A stretch of 64,000 nt of DNA from the NCBI RefSeq assembly GCF_006345805.1, contig NC_043010.1:52452001-52516000 (forward strand). Reading direction: 5' to 3'. Shown piece after piece: positions 26,789 to 40,455 of the stretch (position 1 is the stretch's first letter; every line of letters starts with the position of its first letter). The notes beneath the pieces were generated by a model. That model did no database searches. It was not told the origin of the DNA and was given only the letters and a program-made list of their open reading frames with translations. The stretch comes from Octopus sinensis. Its lineage: Eukaryota. A program made the position numbers and the translations under genes.

Positions 26789-27698
26789 GGTGTGGCTGTG
26801 TGGTAAAAAGCTTGTTTCCCAACAGCATGATTCTGGGTTCAGTTCCACTCCATGTCACCTTGGGCGAGTGTCTTCTATTATTATTTCTTTACTCCCCACA
26901 AGGGGCTACACTCAGAGGGGACAAACAAGGACAGACACACGGATTAAGTCGATTATATCGACCCCAGTGTGTAACTGGTACTTATTTAATCGACCCCGAA
27001 AGGATGTAAGGCAAAGTTGACCTCGGCAGAATTTGAACTCAAAACGTAACGGCAGACGAAATACTGCTAAGCATTTCGCCCGGCGTGCTACCATTTCTGC
27101 CAGCTCACCGCCCGTGTCTTCTATTATAGCTTCGAGTTAACCAAAGCCTTGTGAGTGGATTTGCAGATGAAACTGAAAGAGGACCGTCGTGAGTGTGTGT
27201 GTCTGTCTGTCAGTCTTCGTGTCTGTATTTGTCTCCCACCACCGCTTGACAACCAGTGTTGGTGTGTTTACATCCCTGTAACTTAGCAGTTTGACAAAAG
27301 AGAACCGATAGAATAGGTATCAGGCTTAACAAAAATTAAGTACTGGGTCGGTCCTTTCGTCTAAAACTTCTTCAAGGCTGTGCCCCAGCATAGCCGCAGT
27401 TTGACTGAAACAAATAAAAGATAAGAAAGAGAAGGTATACAGTGTACTGTTCCACTATGGTAAGATCAACAAATAAAGTACTCCTTCTAGCGGGCGATAA
27501 GTATTTCTTTGGCATTCCTTCGATAGGCGCAGAAGTGGCTGTGTGGTAAGTAGCTTGCTTACCAACCACATGGTTCCGGGTTCAGTCCCACTGCGTGGCA
27601 CCTTGGGCAAGTGTCTTCTACTATAGCCTCGGGTCGACCAAAGTCTTGTGAGGGGATTTGGTAGATGGAAACTGAAAGAAGCCCGTCGTATATATGTA

Positions 27699-27741
<43 letters not shown>

Positions 27742-28049
27742 CGTGTGTGTTTGTGTGTCCGTGTTTGTCCCCCTAGCATTGCTTGACAACCGATGCTGGT
27801 GTGTTTATGTCCCCGTCACTTAGCGGTTCGGCAAAAGAGACCGATAGTATAAGTACTGGGCTTACAAAGAATAAGTCCCGGGGTCGAGTTGCTCGATTAA
27901 AGGTGGTACTCCAGCATGGCCGCAGTCAAATGACTGAAACAAGTAAAAGAGTATAACTCGACAAAATCTGGACATTTCACTTCGGGTATTTCCATGGGTT
28001 GTGGAGTGTCTATCTATCTATCTACCTATCCGTTCAGTCAAAATCAACT

Positions 28050-28490
28050 CTCAGTTACTCGACGGATCATTGTTCTCCAGCCAGTTCTATCCTGTGTCGC
28101 TTCTTTCAGATTGGTTATGGCCATTCTCGTGTCACTCTTGATGGTGTCAAGCCAGTGGGTTCTTGGTCAGCCTCTTCCTCTCTTGCCACTGACCATTCTG
28201 AGCATGATGTCCTTCTCCAGAGATTTTCTCCGCATAATATGACCAAAATATGCCAATCTATGCTTCGTGATCCTAGCTTCTAGCGACAGTTTCGGCTTGA
28301 TCTGGTTAAGAACTTCTCCATTGGTGAGCCTCGCTGTCCATGGAATCTGTAAAAGTCTTCTCCAACACCAAAGCTCGAATGCATTAATTCTCTTCTGGTC
28401 AGCTTTCCTTAGTGTCCAGGTCTCGCATCCATATGTTGCTATTGGGAAGACGATTGCATTCAACAATCTGCATTTGGTAGTGAATCTGAT
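28050..28490 (-). mobile_element. RTE-clade LINE 3' fragment
   Basis: NAIVFPIATYGCETWTLRKADQKRINAFELWCWRRLLQIPWTAR...YFGHIMRR...GKRGRG. Confidence 0.92.
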
Positions 28491-29279
28491 GTGGAGTATA
28501 GATCATCATCATCGTTTAACGTCCGTTTTCCATGCTAGCATGGGTTGGACGGTTCAACTGGGGTCTGGGAAGCCAGAAGGCTGCACCAGGCCCAGTCTGA
28601 TCTGGCATTGTTTCTACGGCTGGATGCCCTTCCTGATGTCAACCACTCCATGAGTGTAGTGGGTGCTTTTTATGTGCCAGACGGGTGTCAGACGGGGCTG
28701 GCAAACATCCTTTTACATGCCACAGGCCTGGGGGCCAGGCAAGGCTGGCAACGGCCACGATCGGATGGTGCTTTTTACGTGCCACCAGCACGGAGGCTCA
28801 TTGGGGCAGCGCTGGCAACGGCCACATTCAGATGGTTCGCTTACGTGCCACCAGCACTGGTATCACAGCTACAATTTCCATTGATGTTGATCGAAATTAT
28901 GATATAACGAAATTATGCCAGCAATGTCTCATTTAAAACTTGAAGAAAAAATGCCTTGCATATTTGTTTCTTACTTGTTTCATGTGTGTATGTAAAAACC
29001 GCAAATTTCCAAGCAGAAAACAGAATCAAACTGTCATTTGCTTCCGCGCAAATACCCAAAGTGAAACGTTTTGATTTTGCCGAGTTATATCAAAAGAATG
29101 CCTATTCTTTAATAAACGTTAAACATATTTCTTATGACCTACTAACAGTTTCAAGGTTTGAAAACAATTCAGACTGCATTTTATAACACATCTGCTGTCT
29201 TCATGCAATCATCAAAGGCACCAAACGTGTTATACATTCGGCAATTTCTGTAAAAATATATGATTTCTTTAATTTTTAT

Positions 29280-29840
29280 ATGTACGTGCATACACACACA
29301 AGCACGCACATGCAGTCACACACACATATTCATACACATACATAAATATACATTCATACATACATACATACACGCATACATACATGTACGCACATGCACA
29401 TAAACACATACATACATACATGCCTGCATACATACATACATGCATGCATACATACATACATACATACATGCATGCATGCATGCATGCATACATGCATGCA
29501 TACATACATACATGCATGCATACATGCATGCATGCATGCATGCATACATACATACATACATGCATACATATATACATACATGTATACATACATACATACA
29601 TACATACATGCATACATACATACATACATGCATACATGCATGCATGCATGCATACATACATATACACATACATACATACATGCATTCATACATACATACA
29701 TACATACATGCATGCATGCATACATACATGCATGCATACATGCATGCATGCATACATGCATGCATACATGCATGCATACATGCATACATGCATACATACA
29801 TACATGCATACATGCATGCATACATACATACACACACAAA
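29280..29840. repeat. (TACA)/(TGCA) microsatellite
   Basis: Direct reading. Confidence 0.95.
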
Positions 29841-30410
29841 AAATACAAAGGCATTAGATGAACACTGAAACACACGTTTGCTCTGTCTGTATGTCTATCT
29901 GTCTGTCTGTCTGTCTGTCTCACTTCCTCTCTCTGTCTATCACTTTCTCTCCCCCTCTCTCTCTCTTCCAATGCTTACACACATACACACATGCAGAGAG
30001 GCACACCCATTGACTTTCATATCCATGACGGGTTTAAACAATGAACCACCTACTCGAATACACTTAATCACACACACCCACACATACATACATGGGTATA
30101 TATACACATGCATATATACATAAATATATATATATATACATTGTTTTTCTTTATGTTACCACGAATCGCTTATGTTTATATATATTTTGTGTATATATGT
30201 TTGTATTTATATATTAAGTTAAAGAAATAGAAAAAAATTATGGAAATTGCCAATTTTCATTTTCACTTTGGTGATACCATCTCCGAAGGAATGCCTGCCC
30301 CCTTGTACTAATTCTATTGGTTCTCTTTGCCGACCTGCAAAGTTATGAGAATGTATACTCGCCATCACCAGTTTTCCAGCGGTGGTAGTGAGGTGAGGGT
30401 ACAGACACAG

Positions 30411-30460
<50 letters not shown>

Positions 30461-30477
30461 ATGCACACAGACACACA

Positions 30478-30520
30478 CATATCATCTTACCAGACAGCAA
30501 CGCCTAGGCCAATGTATGTG

Positions 30521-30554
<34 letters not shown>

Positions 30555-30795
30555 CATGCATATATATGTGTATACCTATAGATATATGTCTATGTATAAA
30601 TATGTATATATGTATACACACACACACACACACACACACACATATCTTACCAGACAGCAACGCCTGGGCCAATGTATGTATATATATATGTGTGTGTGTG
30701 TGTATGTGTGTGCATGCATATATATGTGTATACCTATAGATATATGTCTATGTATAAATATGTATATATGTATACACACACACACACACACATAC
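30478..30795. repeat. Tandem duplication of about 160 bp
   Basis: TCTTACCAGACAGCAACGCCT(A/G)GGCCAATG...TACCTATAGATATATGTCTATG occurs twice. Confidence 0.85.
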
Positions 30796-30954
30796 ATACA
30801 CACATTCATACATTCGAAATAGGGAGTAATTAGCAGTCGACAGATGAGGAGGGGTTTGACATTTTGTGACATTTTGTCTTGTACTTTTCTCTCATTATGT
30901 GTTACATATTTTTCACTCATTGGTCTTCTCCTGTTCTTGATGCAATATATATAT

Positions 30955-31019
<65 letters not shown>

Positions 31020-31246
31020 ATACATGTATGTATGTATGAGTGAAGGTGCGTGGTTTAGTGGTTTACCTATTTTGGTTATGATATCATTTTGAAATTCTTA
31101 AATTTTATTTTTATCCAACATAACAATATTGTTTATAAACAGTTCCCCCATAATGCCCCTAAATAAAATTTCTTCAGTATTAACATCTTAGGTTTCTTAG
31201 AGTTTTTCCCCTTTAGCAGTATAGAGTCACATCGAATAACAATATA

Positions 31247-31283
<37 letters not shown>

Positions 31284-32015
31284 TATATGGGTACAGGAGG
31301 TCACCAACACTAAACAACATGAAATGCGAAAACAAATGAGATCAATATGCAAGCAATGGGAGAAACAATTGGAAAATGGGACAAGTAACACAAAGAACGA
31401 CCCTAGCGCTTCAGCAAGATAAGCACCTATAAAATAAGTATGAGATCTTAAAACACACGTGCGCACACACACACACACACACACATATCATCATTGTCGT
31501 CGTTTAACATCTGCTTCCCATGTTGGCATGGGTTCAACGGTTTGACTGAGGGCTGGTGAGCCAGAAGGGTGCACCAGGCTCAAATCTGATCTGGCAAAGT
31601 TTCTACAGCTAGATGCCCTTCCAAATGCCAACCACTCGAAGAGTGTAGTGGGTGCTTTTATGTTCCACCGGCAGGAGGGCCAGTCAGGTGCTTCTGGCAA
31701 TGACCATGCTCAAAAGGTGTTTTTTACATGCTATCTGCACTGGAGCCAATCTGGCAACACTAGCAACGACCACGCTCGGATGTTGTTTTTCACGTGCCAC
31801 CGGCACATGTGCCAGTAAGGCAATGCTAGCAACAAGCATGCTCAAATGGAACTTTTTACATGCCACCAGCATGGCAGCCAATCTGTGACCCTGGCAACAA
31901 ACACTCGGATGTGCTTTTAACATTCCACTGGTGTGAGTGCCAATCAGGTGGTACTGTCATCGGATACGTCAGCAATTTTGATTTGATTTCACTTGCCTCA
32001 ATAGATCTTCACAAG

Positions 32016-32053
<38 letters not shown>

Positions 32054-32600
32054 CAGTGAGGGCACACGGCTCAATGGTGAGAACGTCAAGCTTACGACCA
32101 TGAGGTTGTGAGTTCGAATCCCAGACCGGGCTGCGTATTGTATTCTTGAGCAAGACACTTTATTTCATGTTGCTCCAGTTCACTCAGCTGTAGAAATGAG
32201 TTGCGACGTCACAGGTGCCAAGGTGTATCAGCCCCTTTGCCTTTCCCTTGGATAACACTGGTGGCGTGGAGTGGGGAGGTCGGTATGCACAGGTGACTGC
32301 TGGTCCTCCATAAACAACCTTGCCCGGACTTGTGCCTCGGAGGGTAACTTTCTAGGTGCAGTCCCATGGTCATATATATAGCTTTGATTGACCTGAGGCT
32401 TTAGTAGAAGTCACTTGCCCAAGATGCCACATAGTGGGATTGAATCCTGAACTATGTGGTTGGAAAACAAGCTTCTTACCACACAGCCACGCCTTCACCA
32501 AAATTTTAACAACGCATTACAAGTGACATTGTTTTATATACATGTTTGTGTGAGTGTGAATGTGTGTTTTCATGTGCATGGAGGCACGTAAGCATACAGT

Positions 32601-32721
32601 TGTATTACTCTATCAACACTCGGTTGTGTATGTTTTAAATCGTTTCACCTAAATCTACTCTTACTAGACGGAGAAGCTAGTCCAGAGAAGACCTTGCACC
32701 TAGCTGATAGTATTTAAACAA
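32601..32721 (+). other. Putative non-coding 5' exon A2
   Basis: Paralog of A1 (TGTATTACT...TATGTTTTAAATCGTTTCACCTA...CCTAGCTGATAGTATTTAAACAA|GTAAGT). All frames are closed. Confidence 0.55.
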
Positions 32722-34637
32722 GTAAGTGTTTTTACAATTACTACTGTCCGACTTATAAAATGTTACGGCTGACTTTCTGTGGTACTATGTGCATGTGAGA
32801 GAGAGAGAGACAGTGAGAGTTTGGGGGAGTATATTATACAGGCAGATACCGTGGCTGCTCTCAATTATGTTCCAGGTTCTCTTTCTTTCCTGATGAGAAG
32901 ATTGCATTTTACACCATTTATTCCTTTGAAGTAAAACCAATGTTGCTTTCGAAACATATGTTGAAAGTAAAAGAATTTGAATAGCATCTGCGTTCAACTC
33001 CATTTACTTATATATACATGTGTGTGGGTGTGTATGTATTTATGTATGCAGGTATGTAAGTATGTATGTATGTATTTATTTATGTATAGTCATGAGCAGA
33101 CATAAAGACACTCAGGACTCATCTTTTGATACAGAGGCACATGTTGGGTGTGATAGCTGGATGAAGAGAGAGAGATAAAGAGATGGGATAGCACACTCAG
33201 TTACTGATATTGGTTGTTCTGAGATAAAGCTACAACTTTAGAATGTGTCCAGGGTTCATGCCAGTCATGAGGCCAAACATCCCTGAAAGTTTGATCTAAA
33301 TCTGTCCAGCGGTTCTTGAGATATCTTGTTCACGGACAAACAGCAGAGGTAATAATATAAATAAAACCTGAAATGTTTTGTTGTTTAACTTTTGGCCCAC
33401 CCCTCTCTCTTTGTCTAGTATGAACTCAAATTCCATCTTTGCATTCTGAGCCCAAAGGTTGACTTTACCTTTTATTCTTTCGACGTTGCAAAAATAAGTA
33501 CAAGTTGAACACTGGGTTTGATATAATCGACTCAGCCCCTCCCCCAAAATTGTTGGCCTTGTGCTAAAATCTGGAACCAATACTTATTATCTCTTTTACT
33601 ATTTTTTTACTCTTTTACTTGTTTCAGTTATTTCACTGTGGCCATGCTGTAGCACCACCTTTAGTCGAGCAAATCGAGCCCGGGACTTATTCTTTGTAAG
33701 CCCAGTACTTATTCTATCGGTCTCTTTTGCCGAACCGCTAAGTGACGGGGGCGTAAACACACCAGCATCGGTTGTCAAGCAATGCTAGGGGGACAAACAC
33801 AGACACACACATATATATATATATATACATATTTACGACGGGCTTCTTTCAGTTTTCGTCTACCAAATCCACTCACAAGGCTTTGGTCGGCCTGAGGCTA
33901 TAGTAGAAGACACTTGCCCAAGATTCCACGCAGTGGGACTGAACCCGGAACCATGTGGTTGGTAAGCAAGCTTACTTACCACACAGCCACTCCTGCACCT
34001 ATCTAAATATGTTCACTAAGCATTATTTTCCCCATTAATTTCTATTAAAAAAAAATTAACTCAAAACTACTTAAATTGAGATGGGCTTCTACATTGATGA
34101 TAAAATATGGATTTTAGTGTAGACGTTAGTATGTAGATATAGGTTGATTTGGTTGTTATTTTTAGCTGGATGAGTAATCATATACAGACACCTCCAATAG
34201 ATCCAGTCTTGTTTGAGTACTGTGTTGTCATTTAAATGTTAGTTGATTTTTTACAGTTGAGTTAATTTAAATACATGACATGCTTTATATAACCTATGAG
34301 TAATGTATTTAATCCAAAGATTGCTAAATATAGTTAATAAGACGGGCTAACAATATTTTATTCAATGGTCCTTTTGTGGAAAAATGTTTTTCAATTCAGT
34401 TCAGTATGTGATTCCTCCTCACTTCAATGAAACAACAAATTAGGCCGTCATCATCATATTTGACGGTTTGTAGGCCACATTTTTGACATTTTTCCTCCCC
34501 GTCTCAAAAAGGAACACAAAATATCGGCTTACATCTGACATAACTTGGTTTGCTAGTGTATGCATGCATGTATTTATGTATGTATGGAAATATATATATA
34601 CACACACACACACATATATATATACATACATACATAC

Positions 34638-34678
<41 letters not shown>

Positions 34679-34985
34679 ATATAGTGCATGTTTATACACA
34701 TAAGGAATCCACTTTACGTGAATTCAACACATTAGAATGAACAGCTAGGTTCTGTAAACCACAAAAATAACGGATGAAAAACATTTACCATCTAGTACGC
34801 TGGACCAATTGGTTTCTGATCTTCTTTTAGCGAGTCAGGGGGAACTCACAAGATCTGATCTTCTTCAGCAAGGTCCAACCTAGGGTTAAACATATTCAAC
34901 AGGAGACAAACAAGGCTACTAAATATGCACTATATCGTATGATTAATATATAGTCTTCTTGACTAATTTTTTTTTTGCATGTTAG

Positions 34986-34997
34986 ACCACTGGAAAG
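34986..34997 (+). other. Candidate 12-nt microexon
   Basis: tgactaat-(T)n-gcatgttag|ACCACTGGAAAG|gtaaat. Confidence 0.35.
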
Positions 34998-35052
34998 GTA
35001 AATTTTGACTGAATATTTTAATTTTAATTAAATTCCATTTCCCTTTGATATG

Positions 35053-35096
<44 letters not shown>

Positions 35097-35534
35097 TATC
35101 ATCATCATCATCATCATCGTTTAACGTCCGCTTTCCATGCTAGCATGGGTTGGACGGTTCAACTGGGGTCTGGCAAGCCCGAAGGCTACACCAGGCCAGT
35201 CAGATCTGGCAGTGTTTCTACAGCTGGATGCCCTTCCTAACGTCAACCACTCCGAGAGTGTAGTGGGTGATTTTATGTGCCACCGACACAGGTGCCAGAC
35301 GAGGCTGGCAGACGGTCACGCTCGGATGGTGGTTTTTATGTGCCACCGACACAGGTGCCAGACGAGGCTGGCAGACGGCCACGCTCGGATGGTGTTTTTT
35401 TATGTGCCACCGACACAGGTGCCAGATGAGGCTGGCAGACGGCCACGCTCGGATATGGTGTTTTCGGTGTTTTTCTTATGTGCCACCGACACAGGTGCCA
35501 GACGAGGCTGGCGAATGGCTACGATCGGATGGGA

Positions 35535-35572
<38 letters not shown>

Positions 35573-35802
35573 CATGTATAATGTAGGACAGAGATACAGG
35601 GATCCTGGACAGAGGGACAGACAGAATTTCGCACATATTAATATTATATTTACTGTAGCCCATCCTTTATACCAAAAAACAAAAAAACTATGTACATGAT
35701 AACAATTCCAATCAGTTAGGATGAGAAACCATGAGAGCCAGTACTTAGTATTATCATCATCATTATTATTATAATTATTATTATTGTTGTTGTTGTTGTA
35801 TT

Positions 35803-36170
35803 AAAATTCACAGCTTATTTTGCTGGGTATGAGGGAAAGTGTCAGCTGTCCACAGCCAGCTGACTAAGGTGATACTTGTTTACTGGTCATGCTTCAAGAA
35901 CCCTATGTAGAATTCTAACTGTTCCAAGCAATGCTGGTTTTTGTAGGTGTTCTACCTACAAACTTGCAAAATCTACCTACAAAATCTTTTTCAACCATGT
36001 TTGTAGCTGATTGCTGATACTTCCAAGTACACCAATTATTATTGGTATCACATCTACTCTCTTCATTGACCACAATCTTTGTATTTCTCAACTTAAATCC
36101 TCATAGTTGTGCATTTTTTCTTCTTTCACATTGATCCTGTTTACACCAGGGCATGCTATATCGATTATCA
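35803..36170 (-). mobile_element. Dong/R4-like LINE 3' fragment
   Basis: Its 3' end matches 52745-52883 and it abuts an (ATT)n tract. Confidence 0.6.
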
Positions 36171-36695
36171 TATATGTTGGTTAAGTGGTTAAGTTTTGCT
36201 TTATATTTTTCAATGAGCTAAGTTCCTTAAAAATGCTAGAAATGGTTAAGTTTTGGCTTATATTTTTCAATGAAGTAGGTTTCTGTATTTAATCTAACTT
36301 GTGTTGGTGTTCTAATGGCACAATGTTAAAATAGAAGGATTACAAATTGTGGTAGCAGTTGCTATATATATATATATATGTATAGAAATTCAATATAAAA
36401 TATAAATTACAAAGTGGGACAAGAACGCAAAAACACACAAAGAGACGACACAAAAAAACAGACGGGTCACTCGAAGCCTCTAATCTATATATATGTATAT
36501 ACAAAAATTCTATAATTATAAGCCTAATTATAATTAAGGTTCAGCAAAACTTGCTTCACCATGTACTGAAATTTAGTTAGAAATAGCAGTTAAAATACTA
36601 TTCTGCTATCATAAGCTATCTCCCAGCAGTAATACTCAACAACTCACGAGATCTCATTCGTCTGTTTGAATTCGGAAGTACTGGTCTTTGGATAT

Positions 36696-36727
<32 letters not shown>

Positions 36728-37750
36728 TTATCGTCCGTTTTCCATGCTAGCATGGGTTGGACGGTTCAACTGGGGTCTGTGAAGCTGGAAGGCCGCATCA
36801 GGCCCAGTCAGATCTGGCAGTGTTTCTACGGCTGGATGCCCTCCCTAACGCCAACCACTCCATGAGTGTAGTGGGTGCTTTTTACGTGCCACCCGCACAG
36901 GTGCCAGACGGAGCTGGCAAACGGCCACGAACGGATGGTGCTTTTACGTGTCACCGGCACGGGGGCCAGGCGAGGCTGGCAACGGACGCGAGCGCATGGT
37001 GCTTTTACATGTCCGTTGCACCATGCATATATAGATAGATGTAGGGGGAAATATAATTAATTTAATAAAATCAACAAATTTCACCTAGTAGTATTTTGGT
37101 ATGGAAAAGGACCATAATCGGTAAAAAATTTATATAATTATAATAATAAGGGTTTTTTGCAACAAGTTGCTTAAACCACATACCGAAAATATTAGAAATA
37201 GCAGCCAAAATAGTAGTCCTTTGGCTGCTATTTCTAATATTTTCGGTATGTGATTTAAGCAACTTGTTCCAAAAAACCCTTATTATTATATATATATATA
37301 TGTATATACATATATATATATATGTGTGTGCTTTTTGGTGGCCTTGGTCGAATACATATGTTAATTATCAGTGCTCTAAAATTTTAAATTTGAAATACTG
37401 TACTCACAAAGGGAATGAGTGAGTAGAAATATGATTTTATATTTTTTACAACTCTCTAACCCCAAAACACACATACAGTTAAACAGAGCCGGGTAGATTC
37501 GTTATTTTTTCTCTTTACCTGCGTGAGTTGTTGAGTATTGCTGTCTGGGAGATATCTTGTGATAGTAGAATAGTATTTCAACTGCTATTTCTAAATTTCG
37601 GTATGTGGTGAAGCAAGTTTTGCTGAACCCTAATTATAATTATGCTCATAATTATAGAATTTTTGCATAAGTTTACCGATAATGATCCTTTTAACATACC
37701 GAACTACTTGGTAAAATTATTAATTATTAATTGATTAATTAATTTTACCC

Positions 37751-37860
<110 letters not shown>

Positions 37861-37894
37861 TATATATATATATATATATATATACACGCATATG

Positions 37895-39198
37895 TTAGGT
37901 TGTCAAGTATGAAATTTGTAGAAAAGAAAAAGTTTGCTCATATTTTATAAATGCAAGGAATAGTTTTATTCCTCAAAGTATGCACCCATACTGTCAATAC
38001 ACTTTTGCCATTTCAGCAGTAGCTTGTCCAGCCCAGAACTGTAAAAGCCTGGCAACCTAGAGTCAATAAAATCTTGGAAGACCTGTTTTACAGCATCGGC
38101 GGAATTAAATTTTTTTTCCTATCAAAAAGTCGTCCAAATTCTTGAAGAAGTGGTAGTCAGTGGGGGCAAGATCAGGTGAGTATGGTAGCTGATGGAGAAC
38201 TTCCAACTCCAACAACTATAGTTTTCCCAATGTCATTTTTGCAATGTGTTGTTTGGCACTGTCTTGCAATAAAATAGGAGTGGATCTGTTGACTAATCTA
38301 GGCTAGTTTTTTTTTTTTTTTTTGTAAGTTTCTGCATCAGGGATTTCTTGTTGTCCAGTTGGCTGCAGTATACTTTAGCCATGATTGATGAGCCAGGTTT
38401 AATGAAACCATAATAGATCATACATGCGCCAGACCACCAAACACACACCATCAGATTCTTTTGACGAATTTTGCTTTTGGGACTGTGTTTTGGAGGCTCG
38501 TCTTTGTGCAACCATTGTATTGAACATTTACGGTTGTCATATTGGATCCATTTCTCATCACATATTACAATTCAATTCAAAAAGGATTCATTTTTGTGAT
38601 GGGAAAGTAGCATAATCCAGGCTTCCAAACGTTGCTGTTTCTAATTTCCATTGAGTTCATGTGGAAACCACTTATCTAACTTTTTCACTTTACTGATTTG
38701 AACTAGGTGAGTCAATATCGTTTGCTTGCTAACATCAAACACCAATGGTAGTTACCAGCCACTTTGAAATGGATCTGACTCGACAGTGGCTTTCAGTTCG
38801 ACATTATCCACCTTTGTTTCTGGTTGACCGTGTTGCTCATTTGTGAGCTCAAAGTTACCAGAACAAAATTTTGCAAACCAATTTGATACAGTCTGCTGTG
38901 TAATAACATTAGAATGAAATACTCCATTAATATTTCGAACTGTCTGTGATGCTGTATTTCCAAGAAAGAACGCATATTTCAAAACTGTACAAATTTCCGA
39001 CTTCCATCTCAAAACAAAAATAGCAAAAAACGATTTATAAATACTTTATAAAGCGCAAAATGAGTTAGAAAAAAGAAATAGATGTGTCAGCCTTTCTAAA
39101 AAAAAATAAAGGTTGTCAAAATATAATAATGGCATAAAATGAGCAGCTGTCAAAGTTTACCATTTATCTATCTTCAAATTTCATACTTGACGACCTAT
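37895..39198 (-). mobile_element. Full-length degenerate mariner (DD34D) element
   Basis: TIRs TTAGGTTGTCAAGTATGAAATTTG and CAAATTTCATACTTGACGACCTA. Peptides EICTVLKYAFFLGNTASQTVRNINGVF, LMVCVWWSG and PYSPDLAPTDYHFF. Confidence 0.92.
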
Positions 39199-39216
39199 AT
39201 ACAGACCTGCTATATA

Positions 39217-40455
39217 CAGACATGACAGAAGTAAATAGACACCCTTCTAACCATTAAAGTTTCTTTAAATCTGAAATCATGCATTCAAGTTATATATTAA
39301 TTGTTATAATGTGAATATTTAATATTTAGTAGACATGCTCTTTGCATTTTTCAATGCAAGGACCATATTAGGCATGTTACTGATCAGATGATGAATATTC
39401 TCTTGCGGAATTTCTTGCCAAGTTTCATGCAGTAATCTCGAAAGATCTGACTTTGAAGATGCTTTCTTGTTCTTTTTATGAAGTGTCCTGTCCATTATGT
39501 CCCAGAAGTGTTCAATAGGGTTCCTATCTGACGATTGGCTTGGCCACGGAAGCTTTTCGGTATGATTCTCATTTTAGCTGTGTGACAAGGAGCCCCATCT
39601 TCCATAAATAGTCTTCTTTAATCATTTCACTGCTGCAGATCGGAAGGAGTCGTTTCTGCAATATGGACATGTATTTATCTGAGTTTATGTTTCCCTCACA
39701 CTTCACCAGCTCTGATCAACCATTGCTCCAAATTACTCCCCAGACCATCACAGAATAGCCGCTGTTGTCTGCAATTTTTTCACCTCGAATTCTTGATCAC
39801 AGAGTCTCCAGTTCCTCACTCAACCACTGTCATGAAATACAGTAAATCTGGACTCATCAGAAAATACAACAGTGTCCCAAAATGCTAGTGGCCTCTCCAT
39901 CATCTCACTGGCCCAATCTTTTCGCTGCTTGATGCTGGCTGGTCAAAGAAGTGGCTTCCTTGCTGCTCTGCCATAGTAACCAAGTTTGCGGAGATACCTG
40001 ACAGCTGTTCTGGGACTGACACCAACTTTTTCTGCTAAGTCAGAGGCCTTACAATGAGGATTATCCTCCACACTTCTCTTAGCAAAGAGACAGATCCTGT
40101 CAGAGGGTCCTGTCAGAGGGTCCTGTCAGAAGGCCCTGGTTGATCTGGGTGAGGTGATGTGGACTCCTTCCCCTCTCTAGTGAATTGCACAATCACTTTA
40201 TTAACTGTAGAAAGCACAATCCCAAGGTTTTCTGCGATTTTACGCTGACTATGTCCACCTTCAGGATGCCACAAAATATGGCCTCATTGAAATTCAGACA
40301 GTTCCAAGGCTTCTTTTGTACAGGGAACGATTAAACAGTCACATATAGAATCTGAAAGACAAAAATGTCAAGTAATAAAAAATATAAACCTTTACAAGTT
40401 AGAATATACATAAAATGATGTATTAGGGGGTGTCTATTTACTTCTTCCATGTGAG
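39217..40455 (-). mobile_element. Degenerate Tc1-family transposon related to 7590-9055
   Basis: TIR CAGACATGACAGAAGTAAATAGACACC and GGTGTCTATTTACTTC. Minus-strand WPSQSSDRNPIEHFW and VVFSDESRF motifs. Confidence 0.88.

Noticed and set aside
35270-35530. CRISPR-like periodic repeats (also 24460-24720)
   Set aside because: Whole units repeat without unique spacers, there are no cas genes, and they sit inside a eukaryotic SINE-like element.
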